DNA of 64,000 bases, taken from positions 19,206,625-19,270,624 of the forward strand of contig CM119263.1 of assembly GCA_051294375.1 (NCBI GenBank), in the 5' to 3' direction. Below the pieces are notes generated by a model. That model made no database searches and was not told the origin of the DNA. It worked only from the letters and a program-made list of their open reading frames with translations. The position numbers and the translations under genes are program-made. Position 1 is the first letter of the stretch. Each line of letters opens with the position of its first letter. The DNA is from Paraspadella gotoi (taxonomy: Eukaryota; Animalia; Chaetognatha). Shown in pieces: positions 50,127 to 64,000 of the stretch.

Positions 50127-50931
50127 CTCTTTCGCTTTTCAGGACATTCATACGCTGTAAATAGTTATCCCTGAATAGTATATATGATGAGTTTATGCCC
50201 TTCATATAAACGCATTTCCTTTCCTCAGGTCACAGGTTGACAGCGAACCTTTTCGTTGCTTCGCCCTTCGTTTCCACTCGAGAGCCCGCGACCCCCACGT
50301 CGTTCGAGCGGAGGGTTTTTCGCTCGACTCGGCTCCGACCGCGAAAGCGAAAGCATTGTTTACTTTATCGCTTCACTGTAAACAATGCTCGTCGTCGTCG
50401 GCGACCGATAGAGGAACAATAATGGGAGAAAAGCATCTAGAGAATATAAAAAGGGAAAGGAAAAGAGAAAAGAGGGAGAAAAAGGCGCCGTTCAAACATT
50501 ATCAGCAGGCGCAGGGCTGTGGGACCGTGGGAAGTATGAGGCGGTGACATCTGACAAGGCAAATTATTTATTTTACCCGATATATATGTTATTTCAGAAT
50601 AGTCTTCGGTCAGAGTAAAAGTGAAATAGGAATTTTGTTTTAAATTTTGAATTCATTATACTAAATCCGTAGTAATTTTTCATTCAACTCTTTCCTATTT
50701 TCTCGATTATTTTCTTTTACAATTTTTTCTTTATTAATTTTTACCTTTTCTATTTTATTTCTTTCGATCGGCAGAACAAGTGACGGCAACGAAAAGATTA
50801 TATAACGTATTATACAGGCACGGATCCCCGGTTTGAAAAATTATTTTGACAAATCCAGACACTCACGAAAAAAATGGCGGAGGGCGATGGAACGCAATTT
50901 CCGGTCCAATGCCTTCCTAACAAATTAGCAG

Positions 50932-50933
<2 letters not shown>

Positions 50934-51020
<87 letters not shown>

Positions 51021-51042
51021 GAAAGAGAGAGAAGAGAGAGAG

Positions 51043-51081
<39 letters not shown>

Positions 51082-51130
51082 AAGAGGAGAGAGAGAGAAG
51101 AGAGAGAGAGAGACGAGAAGAGAGAGAACG
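50934..51130. repeat. Imperfect (GA)n microsatellite; further CT/GA tracts at ~50085, 51700, 52090, 54185, 56845, 57915, 58120, 58747
   Basis: Direct inspection. Confidence 0.9.
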
Positions 51131-51761
51131 AGACAGAGTCTCACTACCCGTGGCTTCACATTCCGTTTTATCCTTTCCGATTCCGTTTCCCGGAAATCGT
51201 AACGCTGCCCGTCGATTCATTTTCCCGTTTTTTCCTTCTCGTTGATCGCCAATCTTTATTTCTCTTTCATCATCTTATCCTCCTTTCTCTCTCTCTTATC
51301 CTCCTTATCTTATCCTCCTTTCCATTTTTCTCTCTTATTTTTTCGCTTGAAATTCATATAACGGTGACTCGGTTCTCTGCTTTTATCGGGCGGCAGTCGA
51401 GTTCACGTCTAACGATTCTTTTCTTTTCGTTGATCACGAATCTAATAATGCAAGAAATATATGCTTTTCAGCCCAATAAAGAAAAAAGATAAAAGACTAA
51501 TGTTGAATTAATCAAATCATTATTTATTATTTTTCGTGTTTTTAAAGTAAACTAATTATGGCAATGGTTTTACCGGTTTGTCACATTATTTCTATGTAAC
51601 GTGTAATGCTGTATTGGTAATAGTAAATACTGGATGCACCAATTTACCTTCTCCGTCTTTCCACTTACCCCTCTCTTTCTCTTTCCTCGACTTCTCATTC
51701 TCATTCTCTCTCTCTCTCTCTCCTCTCTCATCTCTCTCCTCTCTCTCATCTTCTCTCTCTC

Positions 51762-51801
<40 letters not shown>

Positions 51802-52092
51802 ATCGACCTTGTCTCAAGACTTTCCCTATACGCCTGTCTTTTGTCCTTGTCTTTCGTAGGAACGAAATTAATTGTCTTGAATTTACTGTTAATAAGAAAG
51901 ACTGTTTCTGTTACAGTTACTGTTAATAAGAAAGAAATTCTAGCTTTTTATTCATTATTAATAAAATTATCCTGAGGCTTGAGCAAGAAATGTTATCTTT
52001 CGAAGAAACCTTGCTTTCAAAGCGCTTTAAGTTTAAAACCGCGGTTCAACATAATACTATCAACGACAACGGCTTCCCGGCTTCCTTCCTCT

Positions 52093-52126
<34 letters not shown>

Positions 52127-52135
52127 TCTCTCTTC

Positions 52136-52183
<48 letters not shown>

Positions 52184-53061
52184 TCCTGTTCCATGAAATG
52201 AAGCCTCTTTTTCTTCGATTCCAGGTCCGCGCCATCAAAGCCTCCGCGATCTCATTAATCGTTGCCTCGAGCTCCTCTTTTCGAGCCTGAGGGGAAATAT
52301 CAGAAAAGTCGGAAAGAAACGAGCGGAAAATGAGAAAAGAAACAAAATGAAAGAGTAAAAAAGGCGAAGATTCTCTTTGCAATCAAATCGACTCTTCATT
52401 CGTTCGTCATTCATTCATTCATTAATTTATTCATTTATTAATTCATTCATTCATTAATTCAATATTTCAATCATTTATTCCTTCCTTCGATCGTTAGTCC
52501 ATTATTCACTTATTTTAGTTGTAAATAACGTAAAATTTGTGGGATAGTAAAATAGATTGCAGGCATTATTTTTGGTCTCGTGGAGGTTGCAAACCGTCTC
52601 ACAGCAAACATACTGCGAATTCATATTTCACTCCCAGTGCTCCCCCTCTTGACGGTGAGACGAAGCAGCACTTGAATGTCCAAAGCTCCTGACGCCAACC
52701 GATGAAATTAAACGCCCTGCGCCGCGGGCGCCACTGGGGATTCCTGTCGTTGCCAAAGTCTAAAAGAAAGACAAATGACCATACTGTGTCAAACTGCCAC
52801 TTATGTTTATTAGGGAAAGGCAACTGCGCGGAACAGGGGATAAGATGGCAAGATGTTTCGGACCGGATCGTGTTCAGAGAATGAGAAACACATGTGGAGT
52901 GGCTCACAGTAGATTCTCAACTTGGTACGAAAGGAAATTCGGAGACAGTTTTTCTTTTTCAGTTTTCAATTTCCGCTTTTCGGTTTATGTTTACAGAGTC
53001 ATTCAATTTTGTTCTTAAAATCAACATTACTGACCCTTTAGACCGCAGCGTTGGTGCCTCG

Positions 53062-53233
<172 letters not shown>

Positions 53234-54182
53234 AATAACAACATTAACGAAATTGCACATATAATCACATTTCTTCACCCCCGCCCCCCCTTCTTTCCCC
53301 AGTTTGCCTCCCTTCCCAGGGACGAGTCCCACTCCTTTGACCTCTTAGGCGCCGAGCGAAATCAATCTCTGATTCTCCTCGTTTTTCGTCTCACTTTCCT
53401 GCGCCGTTGGAGCGCGAGGCTGTGTATTTCTTGCGCCACCAGAGGCGACGTTTCTGCGTCAACGGATTCCAAAGAGAAGCGGACTGGGGACTGGGGAGTG
53501 ATCTCGGTCCTGTAAGGAAACGTTCCGGTTTCATTTAAGATGATGTTAAAATTTTTTGGACGAAGTTTTTGCCAAAACGGCTATTGAGAAGCAAGCTTGA
53601 GAAGCAGCATTCCTTGCTTCCAGAGTAAAAAAAAAATAATGCTGACGTTCTCGTGCTTGCACGGTTTTCGTGTGACGTCGTTATCGCCGAATAAAAAGGA
53701 AAAAAATGGGAACATTTTCACCCAAAGAGTCGAATCAAAAGGGGCTCAACTGCTTTTTAATCGTAATGGAACTATTTAAACTGGAGTTACTGTTACATAG
53801 CGCTCACCTAGAACGAAATAAACGCATAACTACACAATACACATTAAAAAGCGAAGCATTTGTATTTGATTTTTTAAATTTTATTGTTTTTAGTTAAATC
53901 TTGTTACACTTTTCGTAGTGAAGACCAAAAAACAAAAACCTTGAAAGAAAAAAATACCAGACACTAAATTTAAGATTCCGGAACATGACGAAATATATTT
54001 TTCCCTTCAAGTTTGTTGTCCTTAAATTTTATGATAGGAACTGGGGTCCACGAGAAATCAAACTTGATTCATAACCAATTGAAGTTGATCCAAAAAATAA
54101 ACTCTCGACCCGACGTCAATCAGTGTTTGTTCTCCGTGACTCCTTTTTCTCTGTCGTTAACTTCTTTTGTCCTTTCTATATT

Positions 54183-54218
<36 letters not shown>

Positions 54219-54232
54219 CTCTTCTCCTCTCT

Positions 54233-54283
<51 letters not shown>

Positions 54284-54609
54284 GTCTTACAAGTTACTCT
54301 CTTTTTCTCTTTCTCATCTTGCACTTACTCAAGCACGAAGCATTCTTTCTCGCTCGGCTTAAAAAAGGTGAGACCCAGGAGAAATAAATGACACAATAGC
54401 CTTTCACCGTCCCGTTCTTTGTTGTTGTTGTCTTCGGCGCCACGACGACGTCGATGTCAGTGATTACCATCGTCGTCTCGAGGGAAATAAAGACGGCGAG
54501 CTTTAAGTGCGCCTCGACGTTGGACGATGAATTAAAGGAGGAAAGGAGTAAGAGCGCGAGTATAAAATGATGGCGAAAGTGATATTAGATCTGCGCACGA
54601 TAATTTAGC

Positions 54610-54750
54610 AGAAAATTAACTAATTAATTAATTAGATATTTAATTATTTAATTAATTAATTATTTAACATTCATTGATTTATCATTTGATTAGCTACTTA
54701 CCGATAAAATATTGTGAGCACATCTGGTATCGTTTGCTCAAACTTGTTTG
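54610..54750 (+). mobile_element. 3' end remnant of the HINE-like family
   Basis: AATTAATT-rich tract followed by GCACATCTGGTATCGTTTGCTCAAACTTGTTT, similar to the ends at 11670 and 15861. Confidence 0.5.
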
Positions 54751-56869
54751 ATCACATCTTGAGATTTAAAAAAAAAACATTTAGACTGTTAACAAAGTCT
54801 GGGGGAAGACGGAAGGAAAAAACAAAATATCGCTTAAATATTTTACTCGTACTCGTAGCCTTTTTGAGAGTGAGATGATTAAGCACCATACGCGGCTAAA
54901 TTGTTACAGGGAGAGACACGATCGAGTAATGAACAAAATGTAGTTTCTCAGACCAAATTGAGACGACTCCTTTGTTGAGTCAAGCGCTTTGTTTACATTA
55001 TTTGTTTACATTTTTTTCAACTCATTTTGCAGACTTATGTATGTATGTTTTTTTTTTGTTTTCTATACTGAATCAACCTTGTTGCATTCGAATAAAACGC
55101 TTATTATTATTATGTTTACATTATTTCGCGAAAATGGAAAGGGGGGTATTTTTCATGATATTATCTATTAAAAATAATATGGAGGACGTTATAATAATCT
55201 GATTTACTAAATTAAAAATAAATTTCGTAACGGTTTTTTTTGTCACGGTTTTCTGGAGGCAAATGTTGAGTCAAATGTTACGTAAAATTCTTTTCGATAG
55301 GCCATTAGTACAATATATGTTTTCTAACTGATTGTCAAAAGAAAACCGATAAAAGAAATCAACAACTCGGGCGCAGTCGCGCATTTACGAATTTTCCGGA
55401 AAGTTTTATAGACGAACATAAATTTCGTCAGAGATGAAGCCCCGCATTTTGAAGAAAAAAGAAGTTCCTTTTTTGTTAACCTCAGGATATCAGATGTTTT
55501 ATGCGACGATATTTAATCTTTATTTTCTATACAATCAAATTTGGTAAAAATTCAGTTCAAAACAAGGTTTTTTAGACCCAATAGTTTCATAAAGAAATAT
55601 CCTAAATCGAGAAAATTATGGCTGGGAGGTTATGAAATTGAGATTTCATGTTGTAGTTTAAGAAATAAAATAGACGTAGAAAAAAGTGAACCAAACCCAA
55701 AGAAGAGAAAATAAAATCTTTAATATAATAACATTTTTTAAAAAAATTTCAAATAATTATAACCCTAGTTCTTCGACCAAGGGATTAAAATATAAATACA
55801 CATTAGAAAATATATCGGCCTGGGTCAGTTTATAAACTAATAAAGAGGAATCGACCAAATCCTTTCTTTTGTTCTTTGATGGAATTATCCAGAAAAAGTC
55901 AAAAGTTCCATTCTTTCCTCCCGCGCCGAACCCATTTAGGCTCCGAGTTATGTCGGCAAATTTAAAATATTTCTTGTCGTTTCTGTACTTCGTTATATCC
56001 GGTACTAAATTTAGTAAGAAAAAAACTTTTTTGTGCTTTTCTACTTTCAAAATACCCTTTGGGGACAAGCTTGAATCGTTAGGGTTTTGTATAACATTCA
56101 ATTACCATTTGTATATAAACTGTTTGACGTAATCTTTTTTTTCATTAGCGAATACGCATTGTCAGTGGGCATTATGAAAAATATCCTAGAATAAACAGAG
56201 ACAAACATTTCAGATGCAAACAGAGTTTTTCACTAAATTAAGATTCTAAATCCATAATTCAGTTATTTTTTGATTGATTTAACCTTGAGAGAGTTTTAAT
56301 AATACGAAATACCCTCTTTTGATGACAAAAATTTAAATTCCAGAGCAGGTAATTTTTGTCCGGTTATCCATCAATAAGTCTGCGCTCAACCAACCACCCT
56401 AAATGCATTCAATCGAAAGAAAACCCCCGGTCATTGAGGTCGAGGGTCGCTCACTAATCAACCGCGATTCGGTTCTCACCCGACCTAAATGACCTCAGCA
56501 GACAAGGCCACCCACACCCCCTCACCCACCTAACCATCCAACTCCCTTTTTCATCGATTGCCCGAACTCCGTTTTGTAGAAATTTGTCTGAGCCTCTCCA
56601 TATTTCTCAACTCCCATCCGCTTCTTCTTCCTCCTCCTCCTCCTCCTCCTCCTCTTCCTCGCCCTGCCTCCGCCTCCTCCATTCATTGAAAACGCGTCCG
56701 CTTCGGCCGCCCAGGTTTCGCAGCAGCTGTCGTCGTCGTCGTCGACCTCGTAGTCGCAATAGTCGTCGTCGTCGTCAGCTGCGCGCCGCGAGGTGAGGCC
56801 GCTCTGGCGCGTCGGCCATTTCCGGTCCTGGCGCTGCACGGATTTCTCTCTCTCTTCTCTCTCTCTCTC

Positions 56870-56921
<52 letters not shown>

Positions 56922-57913
56922 TATGTGCGCGCAACACGAAAAGCGAAAGCCTCATAACGGGACAAGGATGGGAAAGAGAAGCTTTGCCTCCTCGAAATTT
57001 TAATACGAAACGAAAACACCGGCAACGACGACGACGACGACGATGACGACGACGACGATTACTAGAACGTCTATTCAAATGCTTTCTCAGACGTTGTCTC
57101 ACGAGGAACCAGTTTTATTCAAAATGGTCCGTACATATTTTCTCATGTAAACACGTCTACTACTTCATAAAATTATAAACAATTGAAATTCGTACAATTT
57201 TTTACATTTGATTTATTTTTAGATTTGAAAGCACGGAGGCAATGATTTTTTTAAAACGCACCAAGAATGTGGAAGAGACCGAAATAAAAGAAACCAAACA
57301 ATATTTGAGTCACGTGGACAGTCACTGGACAGTGGACACCAGACACTGGACAACCTCGATTGGAGAAAAGATTTGGCGTCAACCTTACGCGCGATAAGAC
57401 CCTTTACGGGACACGTCAAACTCGGGATTACATTTCCCGCGTCATTCTGTACTCGTAAGCGCCCCTCTAAAGATAAGGGATGCGCCACTCCATCGTCTAC
57501 GCCCTTTCAGGGAAGAGGCGCGTTTACTTATTTTCTCCTGACCAGATTTTTTTAATATCAATTTGTTAGTTTCATTTCATCAAAAATGATATTCGCCTAT
57601 TTTTGACGCTGTTTTTTTCCTCTGATCTCTTTCATTCTTTTTCCATGACAAAGATTCTCCATTCCCTTTTTCTTAAATTTTTCTATTCACTCTTAGTCCC
57701 TCTAATTTTTAAAAAAAGATTTCTGGATTTTTTTTTATTCATTCACGACCAGGAAATAAATTGGAATAAAAAGAAGAAAAAGAAAAAGTTCTACGAAGAG
57801 AAAAAGAAATGGAAAAAGAAATATAAAACGAATAATCGGAGTAAAAAAAAAAGAAAAAAACTTAAATGAAAAGTCGTTGCACATTTCGAGTTTCCTTTTG
57901 ATCTTCCAGGCAT

Positions 57914-58002
<89 letters not shown>

Positions 58003-58114
58003 CTCCTCCTCCCTAAGTCTCCCGTTATTTTTTTCTTTCTTAAGGGAATCTTTGCAAATGAAAGTCGTTGCGAACTTTTGCTATCCTTCAGGATTCAGGC
58101 GCCTCTTGCTCTCT

Positions 58115-58186
<72 letters not shown>

Positions 58187-58741
58187 GTCTCTCTCCTCTT
58201 TTTTCTTTAGGGACTCGGTCTCTTTCCTCCCTCTCCACTCTGTCTTTCTTCGTCTTTTGTAAGACTTCCTTAATCCTTCTCTCTCCTTTCTCCCGCTTTG
58301 CTTCAGATGAGAAACGCTCCAAAGTTTTACTGTCGGGCCGAACGCGACGTCGTTTGTGCCAAATCAATCGCGCGTCGAATCGTCCGACGCCGCCATTTCG
58401 TCACGGTGAGTGTTCGAGATAATTTCTGTGAGAGAATTTATCCGCTTTCGTCCCGGCGGACGCAAAGTGTGAAGAGTGAAGTGTGAGGGTGATCTGTGTG
58501 AGGGCGTGCGAAAAAAAACTGTTGGTTACAGTTACTTACACGAACGAAAAGCGAACGAGATGTTCATTTTTTTGTTACAGGCTAGACTGGGAAATAAAAA
58601 ATCATGAAAAGAAATATTTGAAAAGATTTGAAGGATATAAGAATTTAAAGAAGTGATTTTGGTACTTTGCCCCGCGGATTTCTTTTAAACAAAAAAGAAG
58701 AAAAAACGGTGAATGAAGAATATGAAGATATTAAATCCAAG

Positions 58742-58829
<88 letters not shown>

Positions 58830-58911
58830 CTTCTCTCATTTTAATGGATTTCGCGGGCGACTTCTTGAACCCTGACTATCTATCTTGTACCGTGTCTTCT
58901 ATCGGTTTTCG

Positions 58912-59160
58912 ATGCCTACATATATCCCTGGCCAATCTCTCTCTCCGCCATTATCCAGATATCGGGATGAATATCCTCTTTTCCTGACTCTCGCAACCAT
59001 GACTCCCGCTCTGTGGGGCGAGGATTCGGAGAACATGTTGGGTGCTGGAGGTGGAGGCGGCGGCTGCGGCGGCGGCGGGATCGGTGGAGGCGTCGGAGGG
59101 GGCGTCAGCGGCGGTGGATATCCTGCCAGCGGGTGGACGGGTCAGTCGCCACCATTACAA

Positions 59161-59195
<35 letters not shown>

Positions 59196-59209
59196 ACCAA
59201 TGACAGCGG
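58912..59209 (+). CDS. First coding exon of an unidentified Gly-rich protein (transcription-factor-like N-terminus); gene probably continues beyond the window
   Basis: MPTYIPGQSLSPPLSRYRDEYPLFLTLATMTPALWGEDSENMLGAGGGG...GGPMTA, ending at a strong G|GTGAGT donor. Upstream acceptor TTTTGTTACAG (58580) and a probable non-coding exon ending at CG|GTGAGT (~58405). The start could instead be Met at 58999. Confidence 0.6.
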
Positions 59210-59259
59210 GTGAGTTTATTTATTTATAATTCATTTTTTATTTGTTTGGCGCGAGCGTT

Positions 59260-59273
59260 GTTGCTATGGCAAC
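59260..59273. promoter_or_regulatory. RFX X-box
   Basis: GTTGCTATGGCAAC is a near-perfect palindromic X-box, 50 bp into the intron after the Gly-rich exon. An E2F-like TTTGGCGCG is adjacent (59245-59253). Confidence 0.5.
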
Positions 59274-59785
59274 GTCGTTCACGGTTATCGATTTTAACCG
59301 TCAACAATTCACTGTTTGTTTTTTACCTTCGACGTCGCTTTCCCTCTTTTCATGAGGAGGCGTCGTGTCATTAGCGTCGTCGTCGTCGTCGTCCTTTTCA
59401 TCTTCGTCCTCTTCGTCGTTGCTTTCTTCGACTTTGTCGTTCCGTGATCGTCACCGTCGTCTCGAGATTGTAAATTGTATAGTAGGCCTTAGCAAATTTT
59501 TAAAACTTTTTCAAAGAATTTAACACTATAGTACAAATTGGTCCCCTAACGGTTACTAAAATAGTAGTATAGTGTAGTAGTCGAATTTTTAGCGAAATTT
59601 CTCGCTTTTTGGGATAAGTTTCATTATACGTAAGAGTGCTTAACTGCGTATTTTTATTCAGGTTTATCTGAACGAAATGCGTTGATTATTTTTTTTTTCC
59701 TGAAATATTATAATGAGGCGATGAATTCAGATCATACTGCAGATGCTCGGACGAATTGAGGGGTAATCTCTACAACCACAAATTA

Positions 59786-59924
59786 AGAGGGTGAGAGGGT
59801 GATAAGTGAAAGAGGGTGAGAGAGTGATAAGTGAAAGAGGATGAGAGGGTGATGAGTGAAAGAGGGTGAGAGGGTGATAAGGGAAAGAGGGTGAGAGGGT
59901 GATAAGGGAAAGAGGGTGAGAGGG
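59786..59924. repeat. 25-bp minisatellite, ~5.5 copies
   Basis: Unit AGAGGGTGAGAGGGTGATAAGTGAA with few substitutions. Confidence 0.85.
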
Positions 59925-60974
59925 AGGGCGCGATCGAGGAGGCGTGAAAGTCGTGACGATTAGACTCGCGACTTCATTTGCGAAAGGAGAGAAGATAAGG
60001 CAGCGAAAAGTGTCTTCGTTTCGAAGGAGAAAAAGTATGAAAAGTGACTCAGGTGCGGGAAGTTATGAAAAAGTAAGTCGGGTGAGAGACGCTGATACTC
60101 GGAGACGAGGACGTCAGAAAAAGGATGAAAAATCACGGGCAACGAGAATGGCTTCGTCGTCGTCGTTGTAGTCGTCGTTGTAGTCGTCGTCGTTGTACAT
60201 CGTCGCGGTTGTCTTTTGCGTTTTTTGTTGGTAAGAAAGTCTGGCTACAGGGACTGAAGGACTCGCTTCACTGAAGCGAAAACTATATAAAATAAAGTAA
60301 ATTACTTCGACTTGAAATGTGGGTTTTGAGCCGAGATTTACCGCTTAGACATTTATTTGCCCATTGTGAAAAGGTACACGCATGAAAAAAGAAATAAACT
60401 CAAAGGGTGCGACTGAGAAGTATGTATCCTACATATGCATTTTAACATTTTTTTTATCTTCGAATGAACAATATGTTGGAGAGCAAAGCGATTCTCTGAT
60501 GCGTAGGAAAATCTAGGGAAAACCCAAGTTTTTTTGTTTAATAAATTGAGGAAACAATAGAAAGATTTGTAATAAATAAATATTATGAAAATAAAGTTGG
60601 AAAAAAATTAATAATGTAAATTTATTTACCTGCTTAATATTTTTTTGTTTAGATGATTTTTTATATTTCATATCGATCATAATTGTTCTTTTCTAATTAT
60701 AATTGTCCTTATCATTTCTGACCCTTACCCTAATCTACTTTCGTTTCGCATAAAAAACTCACCTACGAGGTCTCACTCGCTCGCGCGCACAGAACACTCG
60801 TCGAACGTAGAATACGTGATGCCTGATGGGCTTCAGCTCACGCAAAGCAAAGTCACGCTCACCCAAATCAAAGGGCGAACATTTCTCCTTCACATTCGCG
60901 TCACGAAGATTCCTTTCGCTTTCTTTTTCTTTGCGTCACTGACGTTCGTTTCGAGCTCTCACGTTCGCCTTTTC

Positions 60975-61028
60975 TTATTTTTTTATTTATTTATTTTTTT
61001 ATTTATTTATGTTTTATGTATTTATTTT

Positions 61029-61071
<43 letters not shown>

Positions 61072-61196
61072 TTTTTTATTTATTTTTTTAAATTTATTTA
61101 TTTTTATTTATTTATTTATATTTATTCATTGTTTATTTATTTATTTTTTTTAATTTATTTATTTATTATTTTATTTATCGTTATTTTATTTTATTA
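60975..61196. repeat. Imperfect (TTTA)n microsatellite
   Basis: Direct inspection. Confidence 0.9.
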
Positions 61197-64000
61197 AATT
61201 TGTTTGTTTTGCTGAAATAAGCCACTTTTTTCTGCTTTACATTTACAACTTCTTCGTTCTTTTCGAAGTAATTGAAAGATAGTGCACCTTGCGAGCGCCA
61301 CCTTTAGAGAAAAGATTTCTACTTTAATTTGTGACAATTTCTAACGCAGTTGATGCTAAAATATACAAAGAGTTTACGTTAATTCTTCACAGAATCTGTT
61401 TGAATATCGGGACAGACTTAAACTTTGTCAGCACCTTGAAAAAAAAAATCTAACCGAATTTCTCAAAGCGCAAAGTAGTGCTTCTCTGTCGTCAATCTTG
61501 CATAAATGGAGCCTTATCCAGACGAGGGGATCACGCTCAAGACGCCCGTTGGCGCCGCGTCTCGTCACGTGACTTACAATGATCGATTGCTCTTTTGGTT
61601 ATTCACCTCCAATAGTCTAGTCTCTCTTTAAAATGATTAACGTTAACGTTTTAACGTCTTTACAAACCGAAGCCCGTTGAACATAAGTTAACGCTTTAAT
61701 TAAATGTTCTCTCAAATTTTATAATCAAGTTTGAGAAAAGTTTCGAAATTTGTCAAAACGTCAGAAGAGGACGACGTATGACGCAAATACGACGAGTAGT
61801 CTCTCGGTGACGGAGACGCGAAAATAGGCCGAATATCTCTCGGGAATCGCGGGATAAGATTGAGATGCATTATTAAGCGAATAGAATATATTATAAATCG
61901 AGTCTCTTGGCGAATGCCGCGGATTTCATTAATTCTCCCTGAAATATTGAATACTCGACGCGGCTTGACTATTATGTGGTATGTTAAACTGTCTTTTCAT
62001 CAAATCAATTTCATCATATTATTTTAATTATTCCCAGGAGAAAAAATCTTTCAAATCACCTAAAAATTGAATAAAATCCGAAAAAAGCAAATCGTTTCAT
62101 TCGTTCAAACCCACCAACTTTAACGAAACGGTGCTCGGAAAATTTAAGGTTCAGGCCATTTTTAGTAGGAAACAATCGTCATAAAAATCATGTTCGCTTT
62201 TTGTCATCGCTATCAATGACCTATTTTTTGTTGGACTCAAATTTTTGAGAAATCATTTTTAATAATTATTCTCCAACAAACTCGTCGTCGTCGTTTTCGT
62301 CTCCCTCGCTCTTCGTCGTTGTCGAGGTCGTCGTCGAATCTTCTCGGGAAATTAAAATTGGATTTTGTCATAATTTGATCCTCAAAATTGAAGGCGACGA
62401 AAGCCCTTCCTCAGGAGATGGGAGAAACGTCGTTGGCGTCGTCATCGTCGTCAACGAAAGCTATACCTGGGATTTTTGAAGTTTTACGTTTTACGTCCCC
62501 ATAGTATCCAAATATAGTCATTTCATTATTTGCTTTAATTTTCGACTTTCGATATCCGGTCTTCGTTTAGGTCTTTGTCCGTCCGTCGATATGGTCGTCA
62601 TGGAAACAACTCCTCACCATCGCTTTCATCGTCTTGGAGAGCAATTTCTTTTGGAGCAATTATCGGTTTTAGTGTCGAGCGGTTGTCTCATTTTTCCTCC
62701 TTCGATGTCTCATCGTCTCGAGCCATAACGTCGTTCGTGCCGTCGTGGTCGTCGTCTTTGTCGTTCTCATTGTCGCCCTCCTCGTCGTCGTGGTTGTCAT
62801 TGTTGCACTTGGCTTTGTCATCGTCGCTTTTGTCATTGCCATTATCGTTTAAGTCGTTGTCGTCCTCTTCGTCTTCATTGTCGCCCTCGTCGTCGAAACC
62901 TGATCGGCCGATTGCGACCAAAATTTATTTCGAGTTGCAAATTTTTTTTCCCATTTGTATGCAATCTCACTTTTTTACTAATTTATATTGAGTTTCCTAA
63001 TCTCAGTATGCGAATATAAAAAAAACAAAAAACAGAACAAAGAGATTTAAATTAATATTTGAGAAAAAGTAATTTGTACCGTACTAGTTTCCCATGTTAC
63101 GTCGCATCAACTCAAGATCGTTTAAAATCAATCACTCGGAAGAAGAGTTTTCATCCGTCCTCGATGACCCCTACTGTAGCGTTTACTCTATTAGTGTTAA
63201 CTTTAAAAGTGTTCATGATAATGTGTGTAATAATAATGATGTGGTGATGATGATGATGATAATGATGATAAATGATAATATGTTCAAACTGCTCATGTGA
63301 TAAAAAATTCCAATTTCTGAACTTCACAAAAGGAAATGAAGAGGAAAAGCGAAAAAGTACATACGACTCGAGAGAAAAGTGACTGGAAATTGGAATGAGG
63401 ATGAATGATCAAACTTGACGGGGAAGACTGAGTGGAACAAACGGAGAAATTAGGCGCCGACGAAATTACAAAATAATCTTCGACTAATCTCGGTATAATC
63501 GGTGGAAACGGGAGAAGAGCCAAAAGACAAACACCGCAACTGCAGAAGCTGTTCACAAAGACAATGACCTCGCCTAGTTTCCGGTAAAACAGCGACAACA
63601 ACGAGAACGACGACGACGACGACATGTCCAATTTCTCACTCGATAAAACTTTTGCCATCGAGTCGGCGGCTCGTGTTCTCGTCCTCTGCTCATTTCCGGT
63701 TTCGCTTCCGCCCTCGAAACCACGCTTCCACCCGACGTTTTACGTAGGAAATCGGAATGTACGACGGACATTACATCCGGGTCTACAACTCCCGGGGTTT
63801 TAGTTTTCTTTGGAGTCAGATCCAAAAAAAAAAATTATTCGGCGGGTTGAATTGAACTAGTTGCACTAAATAGCAGCATTTATTCTCAATTCCACGAGGA
63901 TACCAAAATTTTAACTGGGGATTGAACCGAAATATCCGAGGACTCGATGTCTGGCGTTCATGCGGCTTTCACTCGAGAGTGGAATTTGCTTCTGCTCTAG

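Noticed and set aside
62575-63825. Asp/Asn-rich and other ORFs near the right end
   Set aside because: Low-complexity (GTC/GAC)n-derived sequence with no recognisable domain or convincing exon chain.

Overview
Eukaryotic, intron-rich, AT-rich animal (probably invertebrate) genomic DNA. The left half (1-31.5 kb) is a compact block of four co-oriented minus-strand genes: the 5' part of a Janus kinase (FERM domain), a UCP5/KMCP1-type mitochondrial carrier, a KIF4 chromokinesin and NUP98-96. Two NUP98-96 introns each hold a complete antisense multi-exon gene for an unrecognised single-pass membrane protein (~140 aa and ~318 aa). The right half is gene-sparse and rich in microsatellites. It contains a five-exon gene for a secreted prepropeptide that yields a 32-aa, 8-Cys knottin/toxin-like peptide, and the first coding exon of a Gly-rich protein with several uORFs. 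Introns carry Helentron/HINE-like elements, hAT and Tc1/mariner-type MITEs, and a small tRNA-headed SINE-like family. A GC-rich, structured ~210-nt island lies at 4.2-4.4 kb. All gene models were assembled by eye from splice signals and reading-frame phase; no database search was run.
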